A DNA stretch of 64,000 bases from contig OX597818.1 in NCBI GenBank assembly GCA_951406725.2, forward strand, positions 29,264,001 to 29,328,000, given 5' to 3'. The stretch's first letter is position 1. Every line of letters starts with the position of its first letter. The stretch is from Octopus vulgaris. Its lineage: Eukaryota. Below are positions 1 through 14,605 of this stretch, in pieces. A program made the translations under genes and the position numbers. The notes below the pieces were generated by a model, which made no database searches, was not told the origin of the DNA, and worked only from the letters and a program-made list of their open reading frames with translations.

Positions 1-89
1 AGTGATATGCAGTACTCAACATGATTTACCTTCCTATGATTGCACATCATAGCTAAGGCTCTCAAAGCGTAATATATATATATGTACAC

Positions 90-1270
90 TATGCACCTGA
101 GTCTCCCCCATCTATCCAGACAACTGAGTTCCCCCTCTAAGTCACTTCCATTCTCCTCATTCTAACAATTGACAATCCCTACCTAACCCTTGTTAATATC
201 CATCTTAAACTCTCATCTTCATTTGTAACTTCTGGATCGCTGTCACTTCCTATTGATACTCATTCCTCATTTTTGTCATCCATGACTACATTCCTATCCT
301 TGTTGGTTTCCAATTTTCACATTCACTTCACTCACAACCTCAACTCCACTTCTATCATCCTGTCCTCACATCTCACTCGCAATCTCTAATTCTATATCCA
401 GCATCCTATCCCCTCAGTCTCCTCCACTTGCAACCTGAGTTCTATCCCTCATCACTCTATCACACATCCCTCTATCATTTCCCAATATACTACATTTTTC
501 TGCTCTTGTAAGAAACTGATATAGAACCTGCTACTATATACCATACCATTGCCATCTCTGTACTGCTGATCACCACTCTTCTCCTCTATACTATTCTCAA
601 TCAGCCTTCATTCCTCATTCTCAATTGTACCTCACTCATACTGGTTACCTCCACCCTTGTTCACCCTTCTCTACATTTATCTTCTATATACTACTGACCT
701 CATTCACCTCATGTTTATATCCACCTCACTCTCCTTTCACTCTCTTACAGCCTTTTCCACAAACCTTCATTATTCTCCTGTATTCTTCTCTCTTCCATTT
801 ATCTCTTGGACATGTTACCATGCATGTATGTTCTGTTACCTTGTCATCACCATTTTTACCTCTTGAGTCCCATTCCAGTCCTTCCCACCCATTGATGCAA
901 AATAAATAGTTGCCATACATCTTTCTGCCACCCTCCACAGTGATACTTTAACATCTCAACACCTTGCTTAAAGTATCCACCCTATCTCTTATCTTCCCCA
1001 TTAGTTGAATAGCTCTTCAGTCTTGCAAGTTACAAAGGAACTTCATTAGAGTTGATGCTATGAAAATAGCACCCAGTAAACTCTGTAAAGTGGTTGGCAT
1101 TAGAAAAGGTATACAGAAAGCATGCTAAAACTGACTTTTAAGCAAAATGTGGTTCTCTGGCCTGCAGGACCTCGTTAAAACGTATTGTCATGCTAGCATG
1201 GAAAGCAGACACAAGATGATAGTGGTAGTGGCAGCAATGATGATTATCATCATCTCTATGATGATAGTGC
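90..1270 (+). repeat. Pyrimidine-rich tract plus decayed RTE-associated 3' module
   Basis: CT-rich low-complexity sequence, then the aagcacccantacactct..ggttggcattagaaa..tgctagcatggaaag..(gat) module that recurs throughout the window. Confidence 0.5.
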
Positions 1271-2144
1271 ATGTCTATTTTGAGGAAGATATATACATAT
1301 TAAGAATCCATATGTCAGAAAAAAATAAGCCCATTTACATTTGTTAATAGGGCAGGTATAATAGTCAAAATATACAGTATTATAGATCCATTACAGCTAA
1401 TCTTACCACTTGATTTTACTCTGGGAATTAAAATGGATATTAGATAACAGCACAATCAAGAAATACTCTGTGCTCTTAAGATCTGGTAGGTATGGAAAAA
1501 ATATCTGTTTTGAGGAAAGTAAAAAAGAAATTAATAATGTAATGCAATTTATGAAGTTTTGCAAAATGTAGGTAAAACATTATGAAAAGTCTGCACCAAC
1601 AAATTTTCATAAATTCCTTTTTTAAAAACACCTATATTGTGGTATTTTAGTTTGACATTAAACTTCCCTTATTTTATTACAATTTTATCATTATCAGCAG
1701 TTCCAATTTACAAAAATGTAATATTTCATCATACACATTTTTATTATATTTTATTTAATGATAGTAGTTGTGGAACTTATGTAGACTTATATTCAATGTT
1801 GCCTTTTATTCTGCATCCTTTTCCTGAAACTTTGTGTCTTGCTAATTAAATTTTGCCAACATCTTCAAAACTTAAATGGTAGTCTGATGAAATTCTTGGA
1901 TACAAGTATTTTTTATATAGATGTGTATTTTCTAATATATTGGTTAGGATTTGAAAATTTGTATTGGACATTTCTTTCAGTGTAAAAGATTGCAATACTA
2001 ATAGAATTCATTTAAAATTTTCTCATTTTTATGCATCACTTTATATTTAATGCAACTTGGAATATTAATTGCCAATGTAACAGCAAAAAATAAAATATCT
2101 TTATGCAAGTATTTACGTAAATAATCTGATTTCCTTTTATACAG

Positions 2145-2396
2145 ATCCACCTGATATGGTAGAAATCAAGGCTGATGAACCCTTTCTTGAAGGTGACAAA
2201 GGCATTTTGCATTGTAAGGCAAGAAATGGATATCCAGAAAAGAACAGCTACAGGTGGGATCCAAGTAACAAAACCTCACAAAATTTCACATTTCCTCAAC
2301 TCAATCGAACACACAATAATGAGGTTTACACTTGTTATGCTTCTAACAAGTGCAGTAAAGGAGAATTACATAAAACACATTGGATCAATGTAGAAT
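2145..2396 (+). CDS. IgSF membrane protein, internal Ig-domain exon 1
   Basis: Acceptor ttccttttatacag|, donor T|gtaagt; 252 nt, phase 1-1. Translation (Y/D)PPDMVEIK..LHCKARNGYP..YRW..YTCYASN shows the Ig C-W-YxC pattern. Confidence 0.85.
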
Positions 2397-2599
2397 GTAA
2401 GTTGAAAGCTTAAAATTCTATTACAAACCTGTAAAATAATTTATTTACATTCTTTTCATCTTTGTTAATTTTGTTTTTTACCCCAAAATCTTCACATAGT
2501 TGATTTTCTTTGTTTTTCTAAAATAAATTTTTTGATAAAGATACAAATTGTAGGTTGTAAAATTTATTTCAACCTATCAACTTTTAAACAGTATACAGC

Positions 2600-2803
2600 T
2601 GTACATTATTTACATTTGACGGATATTTGTCCTCATCTTGCTTGTCTTGTTAACACAATGTTTTGGCTGATATACCCTCAGGTGTCTTGAGGAAATTTCG
2701 ATGTTAGTATTATCATTCAGGTCACTGCCTGGAATTGAACTCGGAATCTTGGGGGTTAGTAGCCTGCGCATGCTCTTAACCACTATGCCATAAGCCCGTG
2801 GGC
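2600..2803 (-). mobile_element. tRNA-head + hammerhead SINE-like element, internally deleted copy
   Basis: Same sequence as 47100-47320 and 61985-62455, with two internal deletions, one removing part of the HHR core and stem II. Confidence 0.7.
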
Positions 2804-3599
2804 AATTATGGAGTGAATTTTTGGGCTTATAAATCTAATATTTTCCTACCCTTCCTTAATACCATTTTCCATATGATATTTATTGGATTAAGAACAGAAC
2901 AAAGAGATAAGCCCTGCTTTCCCAGGAATTACTGGGTACATCAGCTAATATATATATAGATAGATAAAACATAATAGCTTTCCCTGAACCATTTAGTTTC
3001 ATTTTGGTTGACAAACAAATTAATTAACTCTCTCTTATATATATAAATAAATTTTGCATTTTAAATGCCTTTGGTGAAAATTTTCAGGGTGCATAAAAGG
3101 ACAATATGTGAACTACATAGCGATTTACTGGAATATTCAAATATACACAGAAAATATATTTATGTTTACTATGTATATGTGTGTGTGCATGCATGCATTA
3201 AAAATATTCATTTATTTTTAAATTCAATATTACTACTAATAACAATCATGAATAATGATTTATACTATATAAGAGGAACATTATTTACTGAATAAAATGA
3301 AATAAAATTAAAATGAAAGAGAAATAAAGTTTATGTTCATGTTTGTATATGTGTGTGCGCATGTCTATGCTCATATTTATATATACGCACACACACACAC
3401 AGATATACATACACACAATAATTATGGATGCCAATGGTTTATATATCAACTTACATGTGTATATATGTTACTTTCTAAGTTTTTTATTTATCTACATAAA
3501 TACATAAGAGCAGCAATAAAAGTTCATTCACACATTATTTGATATTAATATTTATATTGAAGTTTAATAATCATAATAATGATAATGAAATTATTGTAT

Positions 3600-6500
3600 A
3601 CAGTGCTCAGGTGCACCACAACTTGTCAGAAAGTGCGTATAAAGCGTATGCAGTAATGTACAAATGTCTGGAAAGCAAACAATGTATGAGTCAGATACAT
3701 GCTTATGTGTGTATGGAGGGGTGGAAATCAGGTTTAGTTTTGGCGAATCTCAGAAAGCATGGAAGTTTTGAAGGATGCAGTGCTCCGACAACTAACAACC
3801 GATGCCAGCAGTTTGTTCCATGTTTCAGCAACTCTCAGCGTGAAAAAATGTTTCCTAAAGTCATGGGAGCTGTGCTGTTTTCTGACTTTGTAAATATGTC
3901 CACGGGTGTTAGACGGGTGGGGTTTGAAAAGGTGCTCAGAGTTATTGTTTGTATGATGGTTGATAATTTTATGGGTGTCTGCCAAGTCAGCTGCCAGATG
4001 TCGGAGTTTCAATGTGTCCATGCCCAGGGAAGTAAGGCATTCAGAATATGGCAAATGCCTGATGGAGGGTATTCTTTTGGTTGCACGTCGCTGAACGGCT
4101 TCCAGACGATTGATATCCTGGGCAAGATAGGGGTTCCAGACCAGTGATGCAAATTCCAGGTGAGGTCTTACCATAGCTATATAAAGCCGCAGATAGATAG
4201 TCGGAGAGCGGCTCACAAAGGATTTGATGAGTGATGCCAAGACACCCTCAGCCTTCTTGACAATTTAGCGATGTGTTTTGTCCAACGCAAATCACTGTCG
4301 ACAATAACACCCAGGTCACGTTCACACAAAGACTTTTTGAGACTAGTGTTGTGGATGGAATAGGTGGATGCTGGGTTTCTCCTCCCAAAATGCATGGTGG
4401 TACATTTGTCCACAACCAGCTTGAGTTGGCAGTCCATGACCCACTGCTGCATTGTGACCAGGTCTGCTTGCAATAGAGATCTATAGTGTACAGTATCTGA
4501 CCTCTTTATTTCGAGGTACAGCTTGATGTCATCTGCATATTTCAGCACTGTGGCATTCTTTAAGTTGGCATCTATATCATTAACATATGCAACAAATAAA
4601 AGGGGGCCAAGAACAGATCCCTGTGGTACACCAGATGTCATCTCATAGGGTGAAGAGTGCTGTCCTAGAACTGTGACAACCTCTTTTTGGCCGAAAATAA
4701 AGGACTTCAACCAGTTATAGAGTTCGTCTCTTACGCCCAACGCAGAGAGCTTCACCACAAGTCTTTTGCGTGGCACAGAGTTAAAAGCCTTAGCAAAGTC
4801 CAGGTAAACAACATCCACTCAGGATCTGCAATCAGTGATTTGGGTAACGTCCTGAAGAAACTCGATGAGTTGATTACAGCAGCTGGAGTTAGGAATAAAT
4901 CCAAATTGTGACGGCTGGATGAGGCTGTGAGACTTACAGAAGTTCCAGAGGGTTTCCCTGATACAGGATTCCATCAGTTTGGCGATGCAGCTAGTAAGAC
5001 TAACGGGGCAATAGTTGACAGGCGATGTGCGGTCACCTTTTTTGAACAGAGGGATAACACTGGCAGTTTTCCACTGCTCTGGAGTAACACCATTGGAAGA
5101 ATAGAGAAAGTTTGCTTAGAAGAAAGTACCCACCACATTTGAGAAGTAGGTATGTAACACCATCGAGACCAGAAGAGGCATAGTTGCGTTTATTCTTAAG
5201 GTGGCGTTGTAACATTGCTGGTGTAAATTGCATAGTAGATATAGAGTCCGATGTCAGTGGTGATGAAGATGGAACATTTTGGTCTTCGACAGTAAAGATG
5301 CCGGTATAGCATCCAGCAATGATTTCTGCACATTCTTTGGGATTGCCAGTAATCTGTCCTTTGAGGGGGTTGCGAAGGGGACCAACTGGAGAGTGAGGTC
5401 TCTGCTTTAAGTGCACATACTTCCAGAACATTTTGCTGTCAGGGTTGGTTGCAATGCGTTGTTCAAATTCAAGCACTGCCTTTTTTGTCACCTGCTTGAG
5501 GTGGTTGGCTGACCTATTGCGCTTTTTCCTGTTGATCTCTGATTTGTGCTATTTGTAATCCTGATGATGATGATGATGATGAGGTTCAGCCTTATGGCAT
5601 TCTTTCCTGGCAAGTCGAACTGCTGCAGTCTCCCAAATTGCACTATTGGGTGTTTTTTTGTGCTTGCATGGTACTGATGCTGCACATGCTGCCCATATTG
5701 AATTCAGAATGTTCTGGAGTATAGTGTCCACATCTCCAGAGGCATAAAGTTCGAGCCAGTTTTGGCGTTGCCACTCTGTACAATAAGGGCTCCAGTCTGC
5801 TTTATTCCAGTCAAAGCGGACAGTCTGAAGATGGTTGTGTTTTTTGTTACAACCAATCAGAGACAAGTCGGCCATGATCATGGAATGATCAGTCACCTAA
5901 AAGGTTCTTCAGTAGTGACACTAATGATTGTTTCAGGAGAAGCGGTAAGTAGCAGATCCAAAGTGTTGTTACCCCTTGTGGGGGAGGTAACTACTTGGGA
6001 CCAATTTGAATTCAGCACCTGTTCGAGGAAATCGTCTGCACTTTGCGGCCAACGGAAGGCCTCCCAGTCAATCTCAGGGAAATTGAAGTCGCCCGCAACA
6101 TAAACATACGTGGCTGTTTTCATAGCAGCAGCTCTGAGGATGTCAAAAAGCTGTGTGTCTTGACGATAATTTGGGGGGCGGTAAACACCTCCAAGCAGAA
6201 GTGTTGACATGGTCATGTATATTTTGCAGAAAAATACTTCCTCCTGAGATCGGTTCAAATCCTCACAGGGGATTGCCAATAGATTTGATCGAACATAAAT
6301 CATCACACTCCCTCCACGGCGATTAATGCGGTCTTTGCGGAACAGGTTGTAGCCGGCTATGTTGAAAACTTCATGACAGAGTACAGAATGTGCCCATGTT
6401 TCCGTGACTGTGATGAAATCTGGGTTGATACTTTTGACGTAAGAGTCAAAAAGATGCACCTTGTTGCATAAACTACGGGCATTCAAGGACAGCAGTTTGT

Positions 6501-7045
6501 ATCTGGATTTCAGATGATGATATACAGGGGATGGCTGATTGTTCTTGGTTAGTTTCCCAAGATTTTTGTATTGCCAGTTGTTGTTATGGGTGCAGTTTGC
6601 TCAGTCCAACTGGTATCCCTTATCCACGACTCACCAGACTTGACAAATTTCCAGATTTGCCCATTATCGCAGAGGCTAAAACTTTCCTGTGGCATAGAGT
6701 CGCGATTTAGGGAAGCTACAGATCTTAGCCTTGGGCGTACATCAGGTGGTAGGCCGGGACGTGTCCTAAAGTTGATTATGTTGTCGCACCGAGCTCTATC
6801 AGCAGCCAGATGGAATGCCCGCGCCTCAGTAAAGTTTGTAAACATCAGCCTAATCAGCCTGGGTTTGGATTCTGGTCGGCCAAGGCGGAAAGCGCTTTTT
6901 GGAGGAACACAGCTGAGATCCTTAGCTGTGTTTCCAATGAATGCCTGCAGATCTACCACATCTTCCAGCACTCCAATGGCTATTACTTCATGAGTGGTTG
7001 GTTCAGCAACTCCCTCGATGCGTTGAGGTTCTGTATGAGCTACAG
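3600..7045 (-). mobile_element. CR1/L2-group LINE, degenerate (ORF1 fragment, APE endonuclease, RT)
   Basis: APE motifs NARSL, VTETW, GVYRPP, AGDFN, TRGNNTLDL (5893-6486). RT motifs YLDFAKAF, SGVPQGSVLGP, YADD (4213-4818). C-terminal VRPHLEF..HFFTLRV. ORF1-like RLGR..KPRLIRL (6549-7058). Several frameshifts. Confidence 0.92.
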
Positions 7046-7511
7046 GTAATGATAACAATCAACTAAATTATAGAAGAGTAAAAGTACATGATTAAAATAT
7101 ATAATATAATAAAATAAAATAAATAAGGTAGCAGAAATAATGAATATAGAATAAATAGGATAAGAATAAAAAATAGAAATAAAGGGGAAGTAAAATTTGT
7201 TTATGCGTGAATGCATGTGCGTGTATATGCATACATGGATTATATTATGTGTATGTGGATAGCTATATATGGATAACATTGTTGGTATTTATAAAATATA
7301 ATATATAAAATAAAATAAGGTAAATAAGTAAGCAGAAATAAGGAATAAAGAATAAATAAAAATATAAAGGTGAAATAAATTTGCTTATGTGTTTATGCAC
7401 GTGCATACATGTATGGGTGTATCTTGTTTATATATTAGTATCTCTATATGTGCTTGCATATACAGATGTTTATTTCTAGTTATTTCATTAGTTCATTAGT
7501 TTATATTTCCA

Positions 7512-8262
7512 CACCCTAGCGGTTGAGGGAACCTGTGGAAGAGGTAGACCCTGGAAGACCTGGGATGAAGTGGTGAAGCACGACCTTCGAACTTTAGGAC
7601 TCACCAAGGAAATGACTAGTGACCGAGACCTTTGGAAATATGCTGTGCTTGAGAAGACCCGGCAAGCCAAATGAGATCATAACCTTGTTTGCCTGTGCCA
7701 GGGGTGTAACCAGCCCACTTGTGCGGACCTTTTCCTTCACTGAACACTAATCTCTGCTTGCGAAGACCTGTTGAGGCAAGTGAAATCGAAACCGAAATCA
7801 AAATCAAAGTGAAATTCAATGACGGGCATCAGCACCATATGAGCGTGATCATTGCCAGCTTCGCCTTACTGGCACTTGTGTCCTGTGCTAGTAGGGTGCT
7901 AAGAGCACCATCTGAGCATGATTGTTGCCAGAGTGGCTACCTGGCTTGTAGGAGGGATGTAGGAGGCACCATTCGAGCTGGATCGTTACCAGCATCTCCT
8001 TACTGGCACCTGTGCCGTTGGCATGTGTAAAAACAAATTCGAGCAAGGTCGTTGCCAGTACCACCTGTCTGGCCCCCATGCCAGTGGCACGTAAAAGCAC
8101 CCACTACACTCTCGAAGTGGTTGGCATTCGGAAGGGCATCCAGCTGTAGAAACTCTGCCAGATCAAGACTGGAGCTTGGTGCAGCCATCTGGTTCACCAG
8201 CCGTCAAACCATCCAACCCATGCAAGCATGGAAAGCGGATGTTAAACGACGACGATGATGAT
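7512..8262 (+). mobile_element. RTE LINE 3' fragment with 3' UTR and (GAT)n tail
   Basis: Encodes GRGRPWKTWDEVVKHDLR, then the conserved 3' module ending aaacgacgacgatgatgatg. Confidence 0.8.
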
Positions 8263-9269
8263 GTATATGCGTGTATGGATAATATTGTTGGTATTTATCT
8301 GTATATATAAAAGGCAGGATGTGTGTACGTGAATGTAATTTATGCACGTCCACAAATTAGCACGCATGTCGCTCCAATTTTAGGAGGACATTTGTCACGA
8401 CCCTAACTGTATTTTTATCAAATTATTTTTCCCGAAGGACCAGCGGGTAGTATTAAAAATCGATTTTCAGCCTTAACTTTTACCAATTTTGAAGTTTGCT
8501 AACATGAGTTAAGTCCCTTTTTGCCATAACGAAGTGAAAATGTGTGTGTGTGTGTATGTGAGGGAGAGAGAAGTTGTGTTGATGTATGTATGTGTGTGTG
8601 TGAGGGAGACAGATGTTGTGTGTTGATGTGTGTGTGTGAGGGAGACAGATGTTGTGTGTTGATGTGTGTGTGTGAGGGAGAGATAGAGTAAGTGACAGTG
8701 TTCACTAAAAATAAAACTGTAAAATGTTTTTTTTCTTATACACAAGATATAGTATTCAAATTTAGGATGTTTTTGAAAGACACTATACTTTATAATCAGA
8801 TTATATATATACTTTCTCACACAACAATTAAAATATATTTATTTTAAATCCTGAAACACGTGTCCCTAGATGCAGCCCGGGCGGCTGGGAGTATTTGTCT
8901 CCCCTTCGTAAATGTATATAAGGACACAGGAAAAATGTGTCTAAGCCATCAGGAGGCGTCGATGCTTCTTAGGGCTAAACAGCGGTGGTGTACCCCCCTA
9001 CTGTCACGTTCGTGTTAGATTGACAGTATACAACCATTCTATCGCCCCACCACCATACATGTCTCTACGAGAGATTTAGAAATTTAGTTTTCCTATTTTA
9101 AATCATTTATTTATTTTAAATTGTTCATCTTTCTCCCTGCCCCCCTCTCTCTCACACACACACACATTACTTTGGGCACGAAAGAGTTTGTTTTTATTTT
9201 ACATTGAGGAAAAAAGTGTTTTGTTGAGAATCTATGTATTTAACAACATAGAAACATTAAGTTTCTGAA

Positions 9270-11545
9270 AAGACTTGCATTTAATGTTTCTGAAAAGAAA
9301 GTGGCTTGGAGAAGCTATTATGAAAGACTGCTGAATGTAGAGAATGAATGGGAGGAGGAGACCCTGCCAAATGTTAACCCAGTAGAAGGACCAGCTATCC
9401 GAATAGACAGCTCCCTAGTAGGTAAAGCAATTAAGGGTATGAAGCCAGGAAAAGCCCCCAGCCTATCAGGAATCACTGCTGAGATGCTTAAAACATCTGG
9501 TGGAGTGGGCTATGGCCTAGTCACATGCATTGTAAACCAGGTAGTTCATAATGGAGCCATGCCCAATGACTGGCGTAGCAGCACCATAGTCAACTGCTAC
9601 AAAGGTAAAGGTGATGCTCTAGATAGAAATAACTACAAGGATATTAAACTGCTGGATCAGGTGATGACTGTCACTGAGAGGGTCATAGCCCATCTCATTA
9701 GGGAGAGATGAGATGCAGTTCGGTTTTGTTCTGGGTAGAAGCACCACTGATGCCATATTCCTGGTTTGACAACTGCAGGAGAAATACCTAGATAAAGATA
9801 AACCCCTGTACTTAGCTTTTGTGGACTTGGAGAAAGCCTTTGACAGGGTTCCCCGATCCCTTATCTGGTGGGCGATGTGGAAATTGGAGATTGACGAATG
9901 GTTAATAAGGGCTGTACAGGCCCTATACTGAGAGGCCATTAGTAAGGTTAGGATTTGCAACAAGTATAGTAAAGAATTCCGGGTAGAAGTAGGGATCCAC
10001 CAAGGTTCAGCCCTCAGTCCCCTTTTATTCATCATAGTCCTCTAGGCAATAACAGAGGAATTCAAGACAGGTTGCCCCTGGGAGCTCCTCCATGCTGATG
10101 ACCTGGCCCTCATAGCAGAATCACTACCAGAACTAGAAAAGAAATTTCGGCTGTGGAAGCAAGGTTTCGAATCAAAAGGCCTTAGAGTCAATGTATCAAA
10201 GACTAAAGTTATAGTAAGTAGGAAGGCAAACTCATCACACACCCCCTCAATCTGTAGAAAAGGTGTAGGTAGAAACTCCATAAGATGTACCCAGTGTAAG
10301 CTATGGATGCATAAGAGGTGCAGCAACACCAAAGGAAAATTAACCAAGATAGCTTTTGTGTGCGGCAGATGCACAGGGGCAATAGACACCACAGATACTC
10401 AGAAAACAGATTTCATCACACTCCAGGGAGAGAAACTAGAAGTAGTTGATAGTTTCCGCTACCTAGGTGACCAAGTTAGTAGTGGCGGTAGATGCTCATA
10501 GAGTGTCACCACTAGAATACGAATAGCCTGGGCAAAGTTCAGAAAGCTTCTACCCCTACTGGTGACAAAGGGTCTCTTGCTCAGAGTGAAAGGTAGATTG
10601 TACGACGCATGTGTGTGAACTACAATGCTTCACTGTAGTGAAACATAGACTGTGACTGCAGAGGACATGCATAGGCTTGAAAGAAATAAAGCTACCAAGG
10701 ATGTGTAATGCCAGTGTACGCACACGACAGTGTGTAAGCTCACTGAGAGATATGTTAGACATAAGAAGCATTGGATGTGGCGTGCAAGAGAGACATTTGC
10801 ACTGGTATGGTCATGTACTACAGATGGATGAGGAGAGATGCGTGAAGAAATGCAACTCCCAAACAGTTGAAGGAATCCAGGGTAGAGGTAGACCCAGGAA
10901 GACATGGGATGTGGTGGTCAAGCATGACCTTCGAACGTTGGGCCTCACAGAGGCAATGACGAAATACCGAGAACTCTGGAGGTATGCTGTGACTGTGAAA
11001 ACCCGACAGATAATGTGAGTTCATGGCTGTCTCCTGCACCAGCTTCACATAGCAGCCCCAACCCATCCAAAGTACCTTGGATCACAGGACGGCCTGTTGT
11101 GCTTATCTTGGATTGTAGGGTGGCCTGCTGGCTTGAGGAGACCTATTGAGTCAAGTACATCAACATGAAATAAAAATCAAATGGAAATTGTAGTTGTGAT
11201 ACCTGTGCTGGTGTCACGTAAAAAGCACCATCCGAATGTGGCCGATGCCAGCGCCGTCTTGACTGGCTTCCGTGCCGGTGGCACATAAAAAGCACCAGCC
11301 GATCGTGGCCATTACCAGCCTCGCCTGGTGCCTGTGCCGGTGGCACATAAAAAGCACCCACTACACTCACAGAGTTGTTGGCGTTAGGAAGGGCATCTAG
11401 CTGTAGAAACACTGCCAGATCAGACTGGAGCCTGGTGCAGCCTCCTGATTTCTCAGACCCCAGTCGAACCGTCCAACCCATGCTAGCATGGAAAACGGAC
11501 GTTGAACAATGATGATGATTATGACGGTGATGATGACGATGATGG
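9270..11545 (+). mobile_element. 5'-truncated RTE LINE nested in the Helitron
   Basis: KGKGDALDRNNY, FVDLEKAFDRVP, HQGSALSP, HADDL, GRGRPRKTW; stops and frameshifts; 3' UTR ends in (GAT)n. Confidence 0.9.
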
Positions 11546-12073
11546 AAACAAAGAGTTAGGTAACAATTTTTCAATGAATTACACAATATAAATGGGTATT
11601 TGTAGTATATTAGGAGGCCAGGGTAGTTGATTCCATGCAAAAAATCCGATTTTTTTTTCTCAGTGAAAATTGCGTGAGATTTATCTAAAAATTTGCCTGG
11701 AGTGTTTCATGGTAAATTTGAGAGTAAAAAAAAAATGTTTTCCATATTCTTAATCTCCGTATTTTTCCACGTACATTGAAAAATCGATGGTGAAAAGATC
11801 AATGGGTATGGGGTGTGAAATTTCAGAAGCTTCCACCACACCCCACCCTGTTTTTTGGACCACAAAAAGGGTTTTGTAGCATATTCGGTGGCCATGGTAG
11901 TTGATTACAAGCAAAAAATCAATTTTTTTTACTTAGTGAAAATCGTGCAAGTGTTAGTCTAAAAATTTAATTTAAAACCTTTTTCCATTCATTTCTGTTT
12001 ATGAAATTCTCTGTATGTAATTTTGCTTTCTTAGTGGTCAAGGCAAATGATGACTGGCAAAGCAACAGTGCCC

Positions 12074-13510
12074 TAATGCTGACATTGGATACAATGACCT
12101 GATCTACAATAATGTGCTGATTGAAATCAAGGATGCCCTACTCAGAATGGGTGGGGCAGCGGTGAACACATTCGGTTTGCCATCCTCATTGCGACAGGGC
12201 GTTAACACACTCCTACCAAAGTTACATCTGGACTTGTCATATGACGCTGATGGCCTTGCAGAGTACCTGAGAGTAAATGAACCGAAATTGCTGCCTGATC
12301 GGAGGCTAGTGTACAAAACTGTCATCAGTGCCATTGAAAAACAGGTGGGCGGCATTTTTTTCCTCAATGCTGCTAGAGGTACCAGCAAATCCTTTGTAAC
12401 ACAATTAATACTTGATAATATTCATTGCAAGAAACAAACTGCACTAGCAGTTGCTTCCTCGGGAATCGCTGCTACGTTATTGCCAGGAGGTAGGATGGTG
12501 CTCTCGGCATTCAGGCTGCCTTTACATTTGGTGAGGGCCAAGGTTCCTACTTGCAAGATTGGCAAAATTTCAGAGGAAGCTGAAGTTCTTAGTGCCATCT
12601 CATCGTATGGGACGAATGCACAATAACCAGTAAGGTTGCCCTTGAGGTACTGGACCAGTCACTGAAAGGTATTAGGGATTCTACAGCTTCTATGAGTGGT
12701 GTAACTCTATTGCTTTCAGGAGATTTCTGGCAAACACTTCCTGTCATCCCTAAAGGGAGCCAGGCTGATGAAGCGCGTGCATGCCTTAAGTCATCGACGT
12801 TGTGGCTCCAGGTTAAGACCTTAAGCCTAAGCGCAAACATGTGTGCACACTTGCTTGGTGATAGCACGTTTGCAGCATTTGCTGAAGTCATTTTAACCCT
12901 AGGCGAGGACCCTAGGAATTATAGGGGTGACATATCCATCTCTGAATTGTGCAACACTGTGGACAACCCTTCTGATCTTTCGGAAACAGTGTTCCCCAAT
13001 CTGGAAAGTAATTATGCAGACATCAATTGGCTCAGTGAAAGAACCATCCTGGCCCCCAAAAACGTAGCTGTCAGTGCTGTCAACGACCAGCTCATAAGCC
13101 GAATTCCAGGTGAGGAGTGCATCTACAAATCAATTGACCAGATCTCTGACCCCCAAGACATTGCCATTTACTCTATCGAGTTTCTCAACTCATTGGAGCC
13201 AACATGGCTTCCACTCACATTCTTAGGCTAAGGGTTGGATGCCCAATTATGCTAATTAGAAACTTGCTTCCACCTAAACAGTGCAAAGGGACCTGCTTAG
13301 TAATCAAGTATCTGACGCCCCACTTGACTGAGGCCACCATTGTTACAGGGTGCGGGAGGGGTGAAAATATTTTCATTTCAAGGATGCAGCTTTATCCTTC
13401 AGGGTCAGACATGCCATTTAACCTCTGCAGTTCCCAGTGAGATCATGCTTCACCATGTCCATCAACAAATCCCAAGGCCAAACACTATTGGTGGCAGGCA
13501 TCCATTTGGG
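12074..13510 (+). pseudogene. Helitron RepHel helicase (PIF1-like) remnant
   Basis: FFLNAARGTSKSF (degenerate Walker A), AVASSGIAATLLPGGR, LLLSGDFWQTLPVI, WLSERTILAPKN, LRVGCPIMLIRNL, TMSINKSQGQ; frameshifted. Confidence 0.9.
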
Positions 13511-14151
13511 GTTTTCCATTCAATCAGGATAAAAAATTGATGAACCAATTCCTTATAGGATTTCCTACTAAAATTGGCTACACCCCATTTTCAACCATAA
13601 CTTTCACATATTTTGACATATTTTCCCCAAACTTGATGCCAGCATTACTTAGGACCCATGGAATCTTTGAATAATGTAAGTTCTCAAAAAAACAAAATAA
13701 ACAATCGCTGAATGGAAATAATTGATAAACCAATTCCTTATGGGATTTCATAATCAAATTGCCTGCAATCCATCTTCAGCCAATAGTATACCAATTTCAA
13801 TGGATTTTGCTCAAATTTGATGTCGGTGTCACTTATTTTGGTTTGAAATAAAGTGTTTGATCACTTTATAATCCTAACTTAATTCCGGGCAACACCGGGC
13901 TATACTGCAAGTAAAATATATAATAAAATAACATAAAGAAGTAAGCAGAAATAATGAATGAATGAATTAATTATAAATAAAAATAACCACATAAGCAAAT
14001 TTATTTCACCTTTATATTTTTATTTATTCTTTACTCCTTATTTCTCCTTACTTATTTACCTTATTTTATTTTATTTATTATGTTGTATAAATACCAACAA
14101 TATTATCCATGTATACATATACACATAATATAATCCATCTATGCATAGTAA

Positions 14152-14460
14152 AGGCACATGGCTTAGTGGTTAGGGCATTCAGCTCATGATCATAAGATCA
14201 TAAGTTCAATTCCTGGTGATGCATTGTGTCCTTGAGCAAGACACATTATTTCACGTTGCTCCAGTTCACTCAGCTGGCAAAAATGAGTAGCACCTGTATT
14301 TCAAAGGGCCAGCCACGTCATGCTGAATCTCCCTGAGAACTATGTTAAGGGTACACATGTCTGTGGAGTGCTCAACCACTTGCACATTAATTTCATGAGC
14401 AAGCTGTCCTGTCAATCATATCAGCTAGGACCTTTGTCATCATAACCATTGGAGTGCTCC
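14152..14460 (+). mobile_element. tRNA-derived SINE
   Basis: A-box tggcttagtgg, B-box agttcaattcc, central gtgtccttgagcaagacac domain; related copies at 37770-38150 and 42470-42770. Confidence 0.8.
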
Positions 14461-14605
14461 TCAATGTAATCCATGTATGCATATACACACACAGATGTAT
14501 ACTTGTGCATGAATTCCCACATAAACTTTCCCTTTATTTCTAATTTTTATTCTTATCTTATTTATTCTATATTCATTATTTCTGCTGCCTTATCTAATTT
14601 TATTA

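Larger units (their letters stand above)
8298..13911 (+). mobile_element. Helitron (defective) with a nested RTE LINE
   Basis: 5' TC terminus (tctgtatatataaaa); 3' hairpin ccgggcaacaccggg followed by CAAG (variant of CTAG). Inserted between A and T with no TSD; paralogous empty site near 7291. Carries PIF1-type helicase remnants. Confidence 0.85.

Noticed and set aside
3539-4147. 202-aa + strand ORF
   Set aside because: It is the antisense shadow of the LINE RT C-terminus.
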